Shown piece by piece: positions 37,204 to 46,735 of a stretch of DNA of 64,000 nucleotides. How positions within the stretch are numbered: position 1 is the stretch's first letter; each line of letters starts with the position of its first letter. Source of the stretch: an uncultured Lachnoanaerobaculum sp. (GTDB lineage Bacteria; Bacillota; Clostridia; Lachnospirales; Lachnospiraceae); assembly GCA_938015485.1 (NCBI GenBank), contig CALLVU010000128.1:4427-68426 (forward strand), in the 5' to 3' direction. The notes below the pieces were generated by a model. The model did not search any database. It was not told the origin of the DNA and was given only the letters and a program-made list of their open reading frames with translations. A program made the translations under genes and the position numbers.

Positions 37204-38298
37204 ATGAAACGTTTAAGAATGATGCGTGCACCACTCAAGTATGTACAGGGAAAAGGAGCTTTGCTTCAGTTTCGTAAGGAAATGGAGTATATGGGAAAGA
37301 GATGGTTGTTTGTCTGTTCAAACAGCGGTTACAACAGCTGCCATGAAGATTTGGAAAAGAGCTTTGAAGGCGAAGATGATTATCGCAGATATGAAGTCTT
37401 TGGAGGAATGTCAAGTATCAGCGAGATAAAGAAAATGCAGGATATTGTTGAAGCTGATAAGATTGATGTTGTTGTTGCGGTAGGCGGCGGTTCGGCAGTG
37501 GATGCGGCTAAGGCAACAGCATATTACATGGGTAAGAGAATAGTTATAATACCTACAGTTGCAGCTACAGATGCACCTTGTACAGGACTTTCCGTTATAT
37601 ATAATGATGACGGAAGCTTCAATAAATATTTATTCTATCCGCAAAATCCGGATGCGGTACTTGTAGACAGCAGTGTTATAGCTAAAGCACCTGTAAAGTT
37701 TTTGATAGCCGGTATGGGAGACGCTCTTGGAACATACTTTGAAGGAAGAGCTTCACTTCGTACAGAGTCACCAAGTTTGGAGAGTGGCGGTATTACAAGA
37801 GCAGGCATGGCGATTGCAAAGGCTTGCTATGATACCTTAAGAAAATACGGAAAAGCGGCCATAACTGCCTGTGAGAATAATGTTGTTACCCCTGCTTTGG
37901 ATGCAATTATAGAGGCTACAGTTTATCTTTCAGGTGTAGGAGCAGATAATGTAAACTGTGCGGCTCCTCACTCATTCTACAACGGAGTTACTTCACTTGG
38001 CGGACATGAGGCATATCACGGTAATTGTGTGGCATTCGGTACTTTGATACAGCTGACACTTGAGTGTGCAGATAAGGCCGAGTTTGAGGATATACAGAAT
38101 TTCTGCCTTGAAGTAGGACTGCCTATTACACTTGCAGAGCTTGGAGACTTTACAGATGAGGATCTTCATACTATAGCAAAGAATGCTTGTGTAAAGGGAG
38201 AAACAATACATAATCTTGCAGGAGACGTAACACCTGATGAGTTGTATGCGGCTATTATAGCTACAGATGCTTTAGGTAAGGCAAGACTTGGCAAGTAA
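37204..38298 (+). CDS. gldA: Glycerol dehydrogenase (Fe/Zn-ADH superfamily)
   Basis: 364 aa. VVAVGGGSAVDAAKATA, IIPTVAATDAPCTGLSVIY and HSFYNG fit GldA-type proteins. Confidence 0.8.
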   Translation: MKRLRMMRAPLKYVQGKGALLQFRKEMEYMGKRWLFVCSNSGYNSCHEDLEKSFEGEDDYRRYEVFGGMSSISEIKKMQDIVEADKIDVVVAVGGGSAVDAAKATAYYMGKRIVIIPTVAATDAPCTGLSVIYNDDGSFNKYLFYPQNPDAVLVDSSVIAKAPVKFLIAGMGDALGTYFEGRASLRTESPSLESGGITRAGMAIAKACYDTLRKYGKAAITACENNVVTPALDAIIEATVYLSGVGADNVNCAAPHSFYNGVTSLGGHEAYHGNCVAFGTLIQLTLECADKAEFEDIQNFCLEVGLPITLAELGDFTDEDLHTIAKNACVKGETIHNLAGDVTPDELYAAIIATDALGKARLGK

Positions 38299-38396
38299 TC
38301 TATTTAATGGATAAGTGGCTGTTGCCGGATAGATATTTTATCTTTTTGGTGGCGGCTTTTTTATGTTCTTTGTCAAATACTGGGGTGGGAGGTAAA

Positions 38397-38905
38397 ATGA
38401 AATCAAAGCATGATGTAATAGTAATAAGACCGGGTTTAGTATATTTGTTTTTCAGTTTTATGCCTATAGTTTTAGGAATTACATATTTTTGGGTATTAGG
38501 CAAAGCTTTACCGTCAGATAATCCGGAGGTGGACAAGATGGCAAGGTGGATATTGCTATTATTTTTTTTGACTGTCGGATTAGTATCGGGATTATATGCG
38601 TTGCTTACCAAGATAAAAATTGACAATGAGAAAATAGAAATAACAAGGTTTCCTCTAAAAAAAAAGAATATTTTTGGTTTGATATAACTACTGCAAAGAT
38701 TATAAATGAGGCATTGGCTTACCCATGTGTGATATATACAGCAGAAAAAAGAATAGCAAAAGTACCAAGGGCATATATAGGCTATGAAAAGCTGCTAAAT
38801 GAGCTAAGCAAAAGAAAAATTATTGAGGAAGATGATTTGTACCTGGAAGCCAGAGGAATGTTGGCATTTGATAAGCTAAAACTTAGAGATCTCTTTAGAA
38901 GGTAG
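38397..38905 (+). pseudogene. Frameshifted paralogue of membrane protein 40532..41029
   Basis: MKSKHDVIVIRPG... aligns to MKTKDSKIVIRPG.... The frame is lost at the A9 run 38657..38665; adding one A restores FPLKKKEYFWFDITTAKIINEALAYPCVIY (compare FPFKRSEYLWSEISHAKIIGEASEYPCEIY). Confidence 0.75.
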
Positions 38906-39029
38906 TGGGAATAGGGTTAAAGTATAATAAAAATAGATAGGAGAATAGCATAAAATGAATGATAACAAAAAAGAAACTATTTGAAATGATCTTGAAAATT
39001 TTATAAAAGAAAAAAAGAATGGGGAAGTA

Positions 39030-39536
39030 TTGTATTTGGGTGATGATACAGAAAGATTTATTTTGGGAGAGTCCGGAGCAAATCCTATTATATGCTTTGG
39101 AATAAATCCAAGTACAGCTAATGATGAAAAGGATGATCCAACTATTTCAAAAATAAGAAAAATTGCATCAGAAAATAATTGTGACGGTTGGATAATGTTA
39201 AATCTTTATCCGCAAAGAGCGACAAATCCTAATGATATGCATAAAAAAGCTGATAATGATTTGAAGATAAAAAACTATGAAGTTATAAGAAGTGTTTTTA
39301 ATATATATCCTAATGCTTTAACCTTGGCTTCTTGGGGGAACGCCATAGAGAAAAGAAAATATTTGAAAGATTGCTTAAAGGAAATTCTAGCTATTGACCC
39401 GGATAGGAAGTGGGTATGCCGTGGTAAACTAACAGTGAGGGGGAATCCAAGGCATCAATTATATGTACCCAATAATACCAAATTACAAGATTTATATTTT
39501 AGCTTAGAGGGAAAAGTTTTATGTAGCAAAGATTGA
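39030..39536 (+). CDS. DUF1643 domain protein
   Basis: 168 codons from TTG. IICFGINPSTANDEKDDPTISKI...GWIMLNLYPQRATNP fits DUF1643. An in-frame ATG at 38955 is separated from the ORF by a TGA at 38982..38984. Confidence 0.6.
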   Translation: MYLGDDTERFILGESGANPIICFGINPSTANDEKDDPTISKIRKIASENNCDGWIMLNLYPQRATNPNDMHKKADNDLKIKNYEVIRSVFNIYPNALTLASWGNAIEKRKYLKDCLKEILAIDPDRKWVCRGKLTVRGNPRHQLYVPNNTKLQDLYFSLEGKVLCSKD

Positions 39537-39645
39537 AAAAATAATGGTGTATAGATGTATACAATTATTGATAAATAATGTATATGAAAATTTGAACTTA
39601 GAAAATAGTAGTATATAAAATAGATATTATTAGAGGAGGAGCATA

Positions 39646-39699
39646 GTGACTGACTATAAAAATATTCTAAATAAATCTGAATATGATTTTATAAATAAA
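39646..39699 (+). pseudogene. Scar of the 5' end of a 41446-type nucleotidyltransferase gene
   Basis: GGAGGAGCATAGTGACTGACTATAAAAATATTCTAAATAAATCTGAATATGATTTTATAAATAAA matches GGAGGAGTCATGACTGACTATAAAGAGATTTTAAACAAACCCGAATATGATTTTATAAATAAA at 41434..41497. Confidence 0.75.
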
Positions 39700-39715
39700 G
39701 AGGAGGCGTTAAATA

Positions 39716-40030
39716 ATATCAAAGAATAAAAAACTTGTTATAAGCTTACTTGTAATAGTTGTACTGATGGCAATAGTGCCTTTATTTATGCTTAAGAATG
39801 CCGAATTTGGCGGTTCTGATGATGCCGGAAGTGAAGTGGTTTCAGAAATATAGGGCGGAGAATATGAGCCGTAGTTTAATCCGGTTATAGAAACCGTCTT
39901 AGGAAAGGAACTTCCGGGAGAATTTGAAAGTCTGCTTTTTTGTGTACAGACAGGTATAGGTGTAGGCGTCTTCGCATTCTTTATGGGAAGATTTGTAGAA
40001 AGAAAAAAACAGGAAGATAAGAAAAAATGA
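39716..40030 (+). pseudogene. cbiN: cbiN (cobalt ECF-transporter small subunit) pseudogene
   Basis: (I)SKNKKLVISLLVIVVLMAIVPLFMLKNAEFGGSDDAGSEVVSEI*GGEYEP*FNPVIETVLGKELPGEFESLLFCVQTGIGVGVFAFFMG. ATA sits at the start position 9 nt after AGGAGG. Two in-frame TAGs, one where CbiN has the conserved W. No cbiM/Q/O nearby. Confidence 0.75.
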
Positions 40031-40531
40031 TGAAAGGCTGCTGCTTTGTAAGATGGATTGCAAGGCGGCAGCTTTTAAGTAACGGAATAAGCCGGTATGG
40101 ATTTTTTTCAAATTTTTGTTTTAAATTTTTTATGTTAATGAATGTGAAAGAGGAGAATCGGCATATTTTGAGATTGTGTAAGTATATGTATGCAAGAGAA
40201 GATATGCAGTACACATAGAGTTTTAAGAAGATAATTTAAAATTATATTGCAGTTTATTAAAAAATCACTTTGTTCAATAAAGCTGATAATTTTCAGCAAA
40301 ATCGTGATGAATATTAATAAAAGATTTGATAAAATATAAGTATCAAGGCAGTATTATTAAAATATAATTTACATTATATAGCCTTGTCGGTTGTTGTAAT
40401 AAAGAGGTCAATGCTATAAAGTATGTTGGCGGATTTATACAACTAAGCTTTAGCTTTGAGCCGAGTGGCCGAATAAAACTGAAAGTATGTGGATTTTACT
40501 GCTAAAAAGCGTTTAATGAAGGGGGCGGAAG

Positions 40532-41029
40532 ATGAAAACGAAGGATAGTAAAATAGTGATAAGACCGGGTAAAAAATATCTGATTTCAATATTTTTATGT
40601 ATATACATTACTCTTATGATGATTTGGGTTTTATGTAAAGTAGGCCCATCAGAAATTCTGGAGACGAAGGGGGCGGGTGTGTTGCCGATGCTATTATTAA
40701 GTTCAAGTCTCGGAATATATTTTTTATTATTTGTTTTATTTACAAAAACAGAAGTAAGCGATAAAAAGATATTAATAAATCAGTTTCCGTTTAAAAGAAG
40801 TGAGTATTTATGGAGTGAGATAAGCCACGCAAAGATTATAGGTGAAGCCTCTGAATATCCGTGTGAAATCTATTCAGGAGGAAAGAGAATATTAAAAATA
40901 CCGAGAAATTATTTTGGATATGAGAGGTTGTTTTATGAATTGGATAAAAGAAATATTCTCCGGAAAGATGATTTTTATGTAGCTGCCAAGGTAGCGTTGG
41001 AGATAGATAAAAGAAGACGGCAAGATTAG
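40532..41029 (+). CDS. Two-TM membrane protein with cytoplasmic C-terminal domain (unknown function)
   Basis: 165 aa with RBS GGGGGCGGAAG. Two hydrophobic helices. Intact paralogue of 38397..38905. Confidence 0.55.
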   Translation: MKTKDSKIVIRPGKKYLISIFLCIYITLMMIWVLCKVGPSEILETKGAGVLPMLLLSSSLGIYFLLFVLFTKTEVSDKKILINQFPFKRSEYLWSEISHAKIIGEASEYPCEIYSGGKRILKIPRNYFGYERLFYELDKRNILRKDDFYVAAKVALEIDKRRRQD

Positions 41030-41445
41030 TACAAGTAAAGCATGTGATTATTGTATAGGGGTATAAGAAAGTAAGAATTAGAGGTGGTGGAATGCGTTCG
41101 AAAACGGTTCGATAAGAGAAGAGCTGGGTATTATTATGCCAATATTGCACGAAAATGGAATGATTACAATAATTATAATATTATGTTAGATAGTTCGACT
41201 CCTGTAATTGACGGATGTGCTACGGTACTGAAAGGTTTGCTTTCTTATTAGATGCTCTGTAGAAGGGCACTATGTCTGAAAAAATAGGTGTGTGTAAAAT
41301 CAATATAGCATTAAGGAAAGTCAGAAATGGGTTATTCATTTTTGACTTTTTTAATACAATAATCAGCTTTGCATTATAGCTTATATGCTTTAGAATAAAT
41401 ATAGAAATAAAAAGATAAGGCTTAGAGATATTTTCAGGAGGAGTC

Positions 41446-42468
41446 ATGACTGACTATAAAGAGATTTTAAACAAACCCGAATATGATTTTATAAATAAAA
41501 ATGAGCATCTCGGAAAGCATGTGATTTTGCTTGGGCTTGCGGGAAGCTATGCATATGGGACAAATATAGAAAGCAGCGATATAGATATAAGAGGAATTAC
41601 ACTTAATCAAAAATCGGATCTTATAGGACTTACACAGTTTGAACAGTATGTGGATGATAATACCGATACAGTTATCTATGCATTCAATAAAATGGTGAAT
41701 TTACTTTTGAGTTGTAATCCGAATACAATAGAGTTGCTTGGACTTGCACCGGATAATTATCTCTATCTTAATGATATCGGAAAAATGCTTCTTGATAATA
41801 AACGATTGTTTTTATCAAAAAGAGCTATTCAGTCATTTGGGGGCTATGCGGATGCGCAACTTAGAAGATTACAGAATGCACTTGCCAGAGACACATTTCC
41901 ACAAAGTGAAAGGGAACAGCATATTTTTAATTCTGTAAAGAATGCAATGTACAGTTTTAACTCAAGTTATAAGAACTTTGAAAACGGAAGTCTGGAAATT
42001 TTTATAGATAATGCGGTTAATCCGGAGCTTGAAACTGAGATATTTGTCAATGCCAAATTGAGTCACTATCCGTTAAGAGATTATGCAAGTATGTGGAATA
42101 CAATGTCAAACGTTGTAAAAGACTATGATAAAATCGGCAAAAGAAATAAAAAGAAAGATGATCTTCATTTAAATAAGCACGCCATGCATCTTATGAGATT
42201 ATTTATGATGGCTATTGATATACTGGAAAAGGGAGAAATCAATACATACAGAGAAAAAGAACATGATTTATTGATGGATATCCGCTTTGGAAAGTATCAA
42301 ACAGATGAGGGAACTTTTTCGGACAGCTTCTATGATATGATGAGAGAGTATGAAAAGAAACTGCATTACGCTTCCAAGCATACGCAATTACCGGATGAAC
42401 CGGATTTTAAAAGTGTGCAGGAATTGGTTATGACAATAAATGAAAGGGTGATTCGTGATGAGATATGA
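41446..42468 (+). CDS. Pol-beta-superfamily nucleotidyltransferase (COG3541/PF10127-like), copy A
   Basis: 340 aa with RBS AGGAGG. LGLAGSYAYGTNIESSDIDIRG is a G[SG]-x(9-13)-DxD NTase motif. Confidence 0.65.
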   Translation: MTDYKEILNKPEYDFINKNEHLGKHVILLGLAGSYAYGTNIESSDIDIRGITLNQKSDLIGLTQFEQYVDDNTDTVIYAFNKMVNLLLSCNPNTIELLGLAPDNYLYLNDIGKMLLDNKRLFLSKRAIQSFGGYADAQLRRLQNALARDTFPQSEREQHIFNSVKNAMYSFNSSYKNFENGSLEIFIDNAVNPELETEIFVNAKLSHYPLRDYASMWNTMSNVVKDYDKIGKRNKKKDDLHLNKHAMHLMRLFMMAIDILEKGEINTYREKEHDLLMDIRFGKYQTDEGTFSDSFYDMMREYEKKLHYASKHTQLPDEPDFKSVQELVMTINERVIRDEI

Positions 42469-43246
42469 TAATTATAAAGAGAATATAGAAGAGCTGATTC
42501 TTTATAAAATAAGAGAAATAGAGGAAAAAGAGAATATAAAAGTGCTACACGCTATTGAATCGGGAAGTAGAGCTTGGGGCTTTGCCTCGCCTGACAGCGA
42601 TTATGATGTAAGGTTTATCTATGTTCGTAATAAAAACTTTTATTTATCCCTTAGAGAGAACAAGGACTTTATCGATTGGGAATTAAATGAGGTGCTTGAT
42701 ATCAACGGATGGGATTTTAAAAAGGCATTAAAGCACTTTCATAAATCAAATGCTACATTATTTGAGTGGAGCAATTCTCCTATTGTGTATTATACAACGG
42801 ATGTTTGGAAGGAGCTTTACGACAGAACGGCATGCAAATACTTTGCATGTAAATCTGCACTTTATCATTACTACGGTACGGCAAAAAAGAACTACTACGA
42901 TTACCTATGTGATAACATGGTAAAATATAAAAAGTATTTTTACGTGCTGAGACCTATTCTTGCCTGTAAATGGATTGAAGAAAAGAAATGCCCACCGCCG
43001 GTACTTTTTGATGAATTGGTTAATACCGTTCTTGAGGAAGATATGAAGACAGCGGTAGAGGATTTGCTTGCAAAGAAGGTAAAAATGTCCGAATCAGAAA
43101 AAGGCCCAAGGGTTGAAGAGATAAATAATTATATAGAAGAGAAGTTGGAATATTATAAGTCGACCTTGGAAACAATGGAGGATGACAGGAATACCGACTG
43201 GGATGCGCTGGAAGAGGAGTTTAGAGGGGTGGTAGACAGTATTTAG
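42455..43246 (+). CDS. Pol-beta-superfamily nucleotidyltransferase (COG3541/PF10127-like), copy B
   Basis: 263 aa. ESGSRAWGFASPDSDYDVRFIY. Overlaps the previous gene by 14 nt. Confidence 0.65.
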   Translation: MMRYDNYKENIEELILYKIREIEEKENIKVLHAIESGSRAWGFASPDSDYDVRFIYVRNKNFYLSLRENKDFIDWELNEVLDINGWDFKKALKHFHKSNATLFEWSNSPIVYYTTDVWKELYDRTACKYFACKSALYHYYGTAKKNYYDYLCDNMVKYKKYFYVLRPILACKWIEEKKCPPPVLFDELVNTVLEEDMKTAVEDLLAKKVKMSESEKGPRVEEINNYIEEKLEYYKSTLETMEDDRNTDWDALEEEFRGVVDSI

Positions 43247-43253
43247 TTCGTAA

Positions 43254-44102
43254 ATGTCGGCATTTTCTGATATAATTACTATGTATGTTTATTGGGAGGT
43301 GATATTCATTAACGAGCTAAAAATCAGGCAATTATGTTATAACATGAATATTGGTTCTACAGAACCTAAATTTGCAATTTTAGAAGATGGAACACAGGTT
43401 GTTACAAAATTATATAATGGCCCGGAAGGAAATCTGGTGCTCTTTAATGAGTATTTATGCTATCGTTTGGCTATTTTATTGGATATTCCGATGCCGAGAG
43501 CAGGTGTTTGCATTTTAGACAGTTCTTCAGAAATACAAGATGAAGAACTTGCTACTCCGCTTAATTATGGAAAAGCTTTTTTCTCGGAATATATGCCAAA
43601 GGTTACAAAACTACTTCCTACCATTATTAGTAAGATGAGAAATAAAGAGGATTTTGTAAAGATTCTACTATTTGATCATGTTATATTTAATACAGATAGA
43701 AATCCCGGAAATCTTTTAGTACGATTTTGTAAGGGCGATATTTCACTAAAAGTAATAGACCATACACATGTTTTTATTAATCAAACATTTTGGGATGCAA
43801 GTTGCTTGAAACGAGCAATGGAAGAAAATGATTTATTAGACACGAAGGTATTGGAGTATAATTCCTACTTGTATGAAATGTTTTTTGAAAATTTTTCTGT
43901 TAGAAAGGAGATGTTGGAAAAGGAAAGTTCAGTCTTTAAAAGCAAGATTAATCATGATATAATAACAGAACTCATCGACATTATTCCGGAAGAATGGAGA
44001 CCGAAACAGAAAGATATTGATGAACTTATAAATTATATTCTATATAGAGTCGATAATTTGGATGTGATAATATCCACAATTTTGACATATAATAATAGAT
44101 AG
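43254..44102 (+). CDS. HipA-family (PI3/4-kinase-fold) kinase-like protein
   Basis: LLFDHVIFNTDRNPGNLLV and LKVIDHTHVF match the HipA-family catalytic and Mg loops. N-terminal IGSTEPKFAILEDGTQVVTKLYNGPEGNLVLFNEYLCYRLA. The start is uncertain: the ATGs at 43254 and 43281 lack an RBS, and GGGAGGTG lies at about 43294. Confidence 0.6.
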   Translation: MSAFSDIITMYVYWEVIFINELKIRQLCYNMNIGSTEPKFAILEDGTQVVTKLYNGPEGNLVLFNEYLCYRLAILLDIPMPRAGVCILDSSSEIQDEELATPLNYGKAFFSEYMPKVTKLLPTIISKMRNKEDFVKILLFDHVIFNTDRNPGNLLVRFCKGDISLKVIDHTHVFINQTFWDASCLKRAMEENDLLDTKVLEYNSYLYEMFFENFSVRKEMLEKESSVFKSKINHDIITELIDIIPEEWRPKQKDIDELINYILYRVDNLDVIISTILTYNNR

Positions 44103-44118
44103 GGAAGGAGGAAATATA

Positions 44119-44862
44119 ATGTACAACATTGAATATGCAGCATTGAATTATTATCATTCACCTATATCAGATGAGTGCTTGTGTATAGGTGTGTTATTTC
44201 ACAATGTAACAACAGGACAACGTGATTTCAAATATATCTCCAATTTCCAACGGTTTCATGCTTTTGATGATGAAGCGGATATTGATTTTGTTAAACTCTA
44301 TTTACGAGGTATTAAGGATGAAGTTGAAACTTCTGTCTTTAATTTTAACAAAGAGTTTGAGCTTGCTTCATATGTCAAAGTGTATGCGAATGAATTTAGA
44401 TTCTCATCAGTTAGAACTCTTACAGTTAATGAAAATGAGAACTATGTTGAGGATTTATCGAAAGTATATTTGAAATATGATTTAGCAAGATCACAGAGAT
44501 TAAACGGCAATGAGGAAAAGAAATTAATTCGTAGAGTGCTTGAATCAAATAATCTTGAATATACTACTCAAAAAGTTGATGGTCCATATAGCGATGAAAT
44601 TTCCTTTGATTATCAAGTTGGAAATGTATGTATTAAGATGTTTTCATTTAAAGGGAAAAACTTAAAGCGAGTTATCGGAAGTGCAAGACAATGGTCTTTT
44701 GTAGCTGACGAGTTGGGGGAACAAAAGAGAGTGCTGTTCATATATGATTCAGATTATGAAGATATGGGCAATCTCGATATAATTATTAAGATACTATCAA
44801 AGAATGCAAAGGTTCTGAAATTGGATGATGGAATGGATTATATTTTGAATCAGTGTTTGTAG
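44119..44862 (+). CDS. DUF3037-like protein
   Basis: 247 aa with RBS GGAAGGAGG. N-terminal EYAALNYYHSPISDECLCIGVLF resembles the DUF3037 consensus (..lrY.....gE..NiGVvl) as I recall. Confidence 0.5.
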   Translation: MYNIEYAALNYYHSPISDECLCIGVLFHNVTTGQRDFKYISNFQRFHAFDDEADIDFVKLYLRGIKDEVETSVFNFNKEFELASYVKVYANEFRFSSVRTLTVNENENYVEDLSKVYLKYDLARSQRLNGNEEKKLIRRVLESNNLEYTTQKVDGPYSDEISFDYQVGNVCIKMFSFKGKNLKRVIGSARQWSFVADELGEQKRVLFIYDSDYEDMGNLDIIIKILSKNAKVLKLDDGMDYILNQCL

Positions 44863-44960
44863 AGTCAAAGCCGTAGATGATGTGTCTGCGGCTTTATTAC
44901 TTATATTCCTGAAAACCTCGCAAATGGGGCAATACAGGGCAAAAAGGAGTAAATAAAACT

Positions 44961-45434
44961 ATGATAAAAGTACTTTTTATCTGCCACGGCAATATCTGCC
45001 GTTCACCTATGGCGGAGTTTATAATGAAAGACAAGGTAAAAAAGCTTGGGATTGAGGATATGTTTAAGATAGCCTCAGCAGCTACAAGCTCTGATGAGAT
45101 ATGGAACGGTGTGGGCAATCCGGTGTATCCGCCTGCAAAGGATGAGCTGAAGAAGCACGGTATAGCATGTCCCGGTAAGAAGGCAAGACAGATGGTAAAG
45201 TCCGACTATGAAGAATACGACTACCTGATAGGAATGGACGATGCCAATATAAAAAATATGAAGAAAGTTTTTGGAAGGAATGATAAAGTATATAAACTTT
45301 TGAGTTTTACAGGAAGTGATGAGTCGGTATCCGATCCGTGGTATACAGACAGATTTGATACAGCTTATAATGATATAGATAGAGGAGTGGACGGATTTTT
45401 GAAGTTTTTGGAGGAGAAAAATGTCATCAATTAA
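44961..45434 (+). CDS. Low-molecular-weight protein-tyrosine phosphatase
   Basis: 157 aa. VLFICHGNICRSPMAE (C-x5-R-S P-loop), DPWY near the C-terminus. Confidence 0.9.
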   Translation: MIKVLFICHGNICRSPMAEFIMKDKVKKLGIEDMFKIASAATSSDEIWNGVGNPVYPPAKDELKKHGIACPGKKARQMVKSDYEEYDYLIGMDDANIKNMKKVFGRNDKVYKLLSFTGSDESVSDPWYTDRFDTAYNDIDRGVDGFLKFLEEKNVIN

Positions 45435-46218
45435 AAAAGTATTGATAATAAAGGTAGTATTGGCAGCTGTTTGTATTGCGGCAGGCTTGATATCGTTTTT
45501 TGTGCTGGCAGGCATTTTCAGCAATGTAGATTTTTATGCGGATACTATAAGCGCGCTTGATAAGAGCAGGAGCAAGGTGATGGAGCTTGTGGCTGCAGCG
45601 GTAGCGTCATCTTCCGCCATAACACTTTTGCCGGGAGATATAGGCACTCCGGTTGCACAGGAACTTGCAGAGATGAGTAAGTATTTTTTGATTGTACTTT
45701 GTGCCATCTATCTTGAAAAATTTTTGCTGACAGTAACAGGAATGGTTGCATTCAAGTATATCATTCCGGTTGCCTGCCTTTTGTTTATTATATTTATAGC
45801 ATCGAATGAAAAGGTGTTTGCAAAGATTGCAACCAAGCTGTTTTTATTCAGCCTGGTTATATCATTTACAATACCGATCAGTGTAAATATCGCAAATATG
45901 ATAGAAAGCAACTACGCCTCGTCCATAGATACGACACTGAATAACGCCAAGCAAAACACTCAGACCGTTACGGATGATGCCAAGGAAGAGAGCGGCAATG
46001 CCATAGATAAGTTTGTAAACAATATCACAGGCAATGCAAATGAGATTTTAAAGAAATTTGAGAATACCGTAAGTTCATTTATAGAAGCAATTGCAGTGAT
46101 GATAGTAACTTCATGCCTTATACCTATAGGTGTGCTGTTTTTCTTCCTTTGGCTGGTAAAACTGATATTTTCAATAAACGTAAACGGGTTCGGTTTTATG
46201 CGTAGGGAAAACAGCTAG
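45421..46218 (+). CDS. Multi-pass membrane protein, unknown function
   Basis: 265 aa with about 5 hydrophobic segments. Start overlaps the LMW-PTP stop region. Confidence 0.5.
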   Translation: MSSIKKVLIIKVVLAAVCIAAGLISFFVLAGIFSNVDFYADTISALDKSRSKVMELVAAAVASSSAITLLPGDIGTPVAQELAEMSKYFLIVLCAIYLEKFLLTVTGMVAFKYIIPVACLLFIIFIASNEKVFAKIATKLFLFSLVISFTIPISVNIANMIESNYASSIDTTLNNAKQNTQTVTDDAKEESGNAIDKFVNNITGNANEILKKFENTVSSFIEAIAVMIVTSCLIPIGVLFFFLWLVKLIFSINVNGFGFMRRENS

Positions 46219-46291
46219 TTAAATTATTTGTAAAAATACTGAGAATTTAATTTTGGAGTGTATGCATTAGAGAAAAAGGAAAGGTTTACCT

Positions 46292-46489
46292 TTACTTTTT
46301 CTCTAATGCCAAACCTATCAAACGATCTGTATAATCTGCCATAAATAAAGGAATATTCAGCACATCGTCAAAAATCCAAGTCTTACCTACCTGTCGTACA
46401 CCTTTTAGTATTAAAGGTTTTCTATATGGAGAATTCTTCCAGTTTAACAGATTTTTCAAAATAAACCGTTCCATAGTTTTCCTTTTCAC
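46292..46489 (-). pseudogene. Remnant of an AAA+ ATPase (AAA_14/DUF4143-type) gene
   Basis: MERFILKNLLNWKNSPYRKPLILKGVRQVGKTW then an abrupt unrelated C-terminal tail. Only 65 codons versus about 400 in full-length family members. Confidence 0.55.
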
Positions 46490-46620
46490 ACTTTTATATT
46501 AATTTTAGTGTATATGAATCACATTTTTATTATATATTAAAATATAAAAAATACAATATAAACCACAGATTTATACAAATCAAGAAAAGCAAATTATGTT
46601 AAAAAGATAACGTTAAAACA

Positions 46621-46649
46621 TTGACAATGTAACAAATGTGATGTATCAT
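46621..46649 (+). promoter_or_regulatory. Sigma-70-type promoter for the Fe-ADH gene
   Basis: TTGACA (46621..46626), 17 nt, TATCAT (46644..46649) with TG upstream. Confidence 0.5.
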
Positions 46650-46735
46650 ATAAGCAAGAGGTTAAATTTATTTGCAAAGAGTGATTTTGCTTACACTTTT
46701 TGCTTAATATATTAAATTTAATATGGAGGCTGTAT

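Noticed and set aside
40027-40218. 63-aa ORF and antisense ORFs (39899..40214) around the cbiN remnant.
   Set aside because: They overlap the cbiN pseudogene tail and AT-rich spacer, and have no RBS or recognisable motif.
41220-41447. 75-aa minus-strand ORF in the spacer before the NTase gene, and a strong + strand hairpin at about 41316..41350 (AAGTCAGAAATG/CATTTTTGACTT plus T-run).
   Set aside because: The ORF has no RBS or motif. The hairpin looks like a terminator, but I could not tie it to any upstream gene or RNA, so it is left unannotated.
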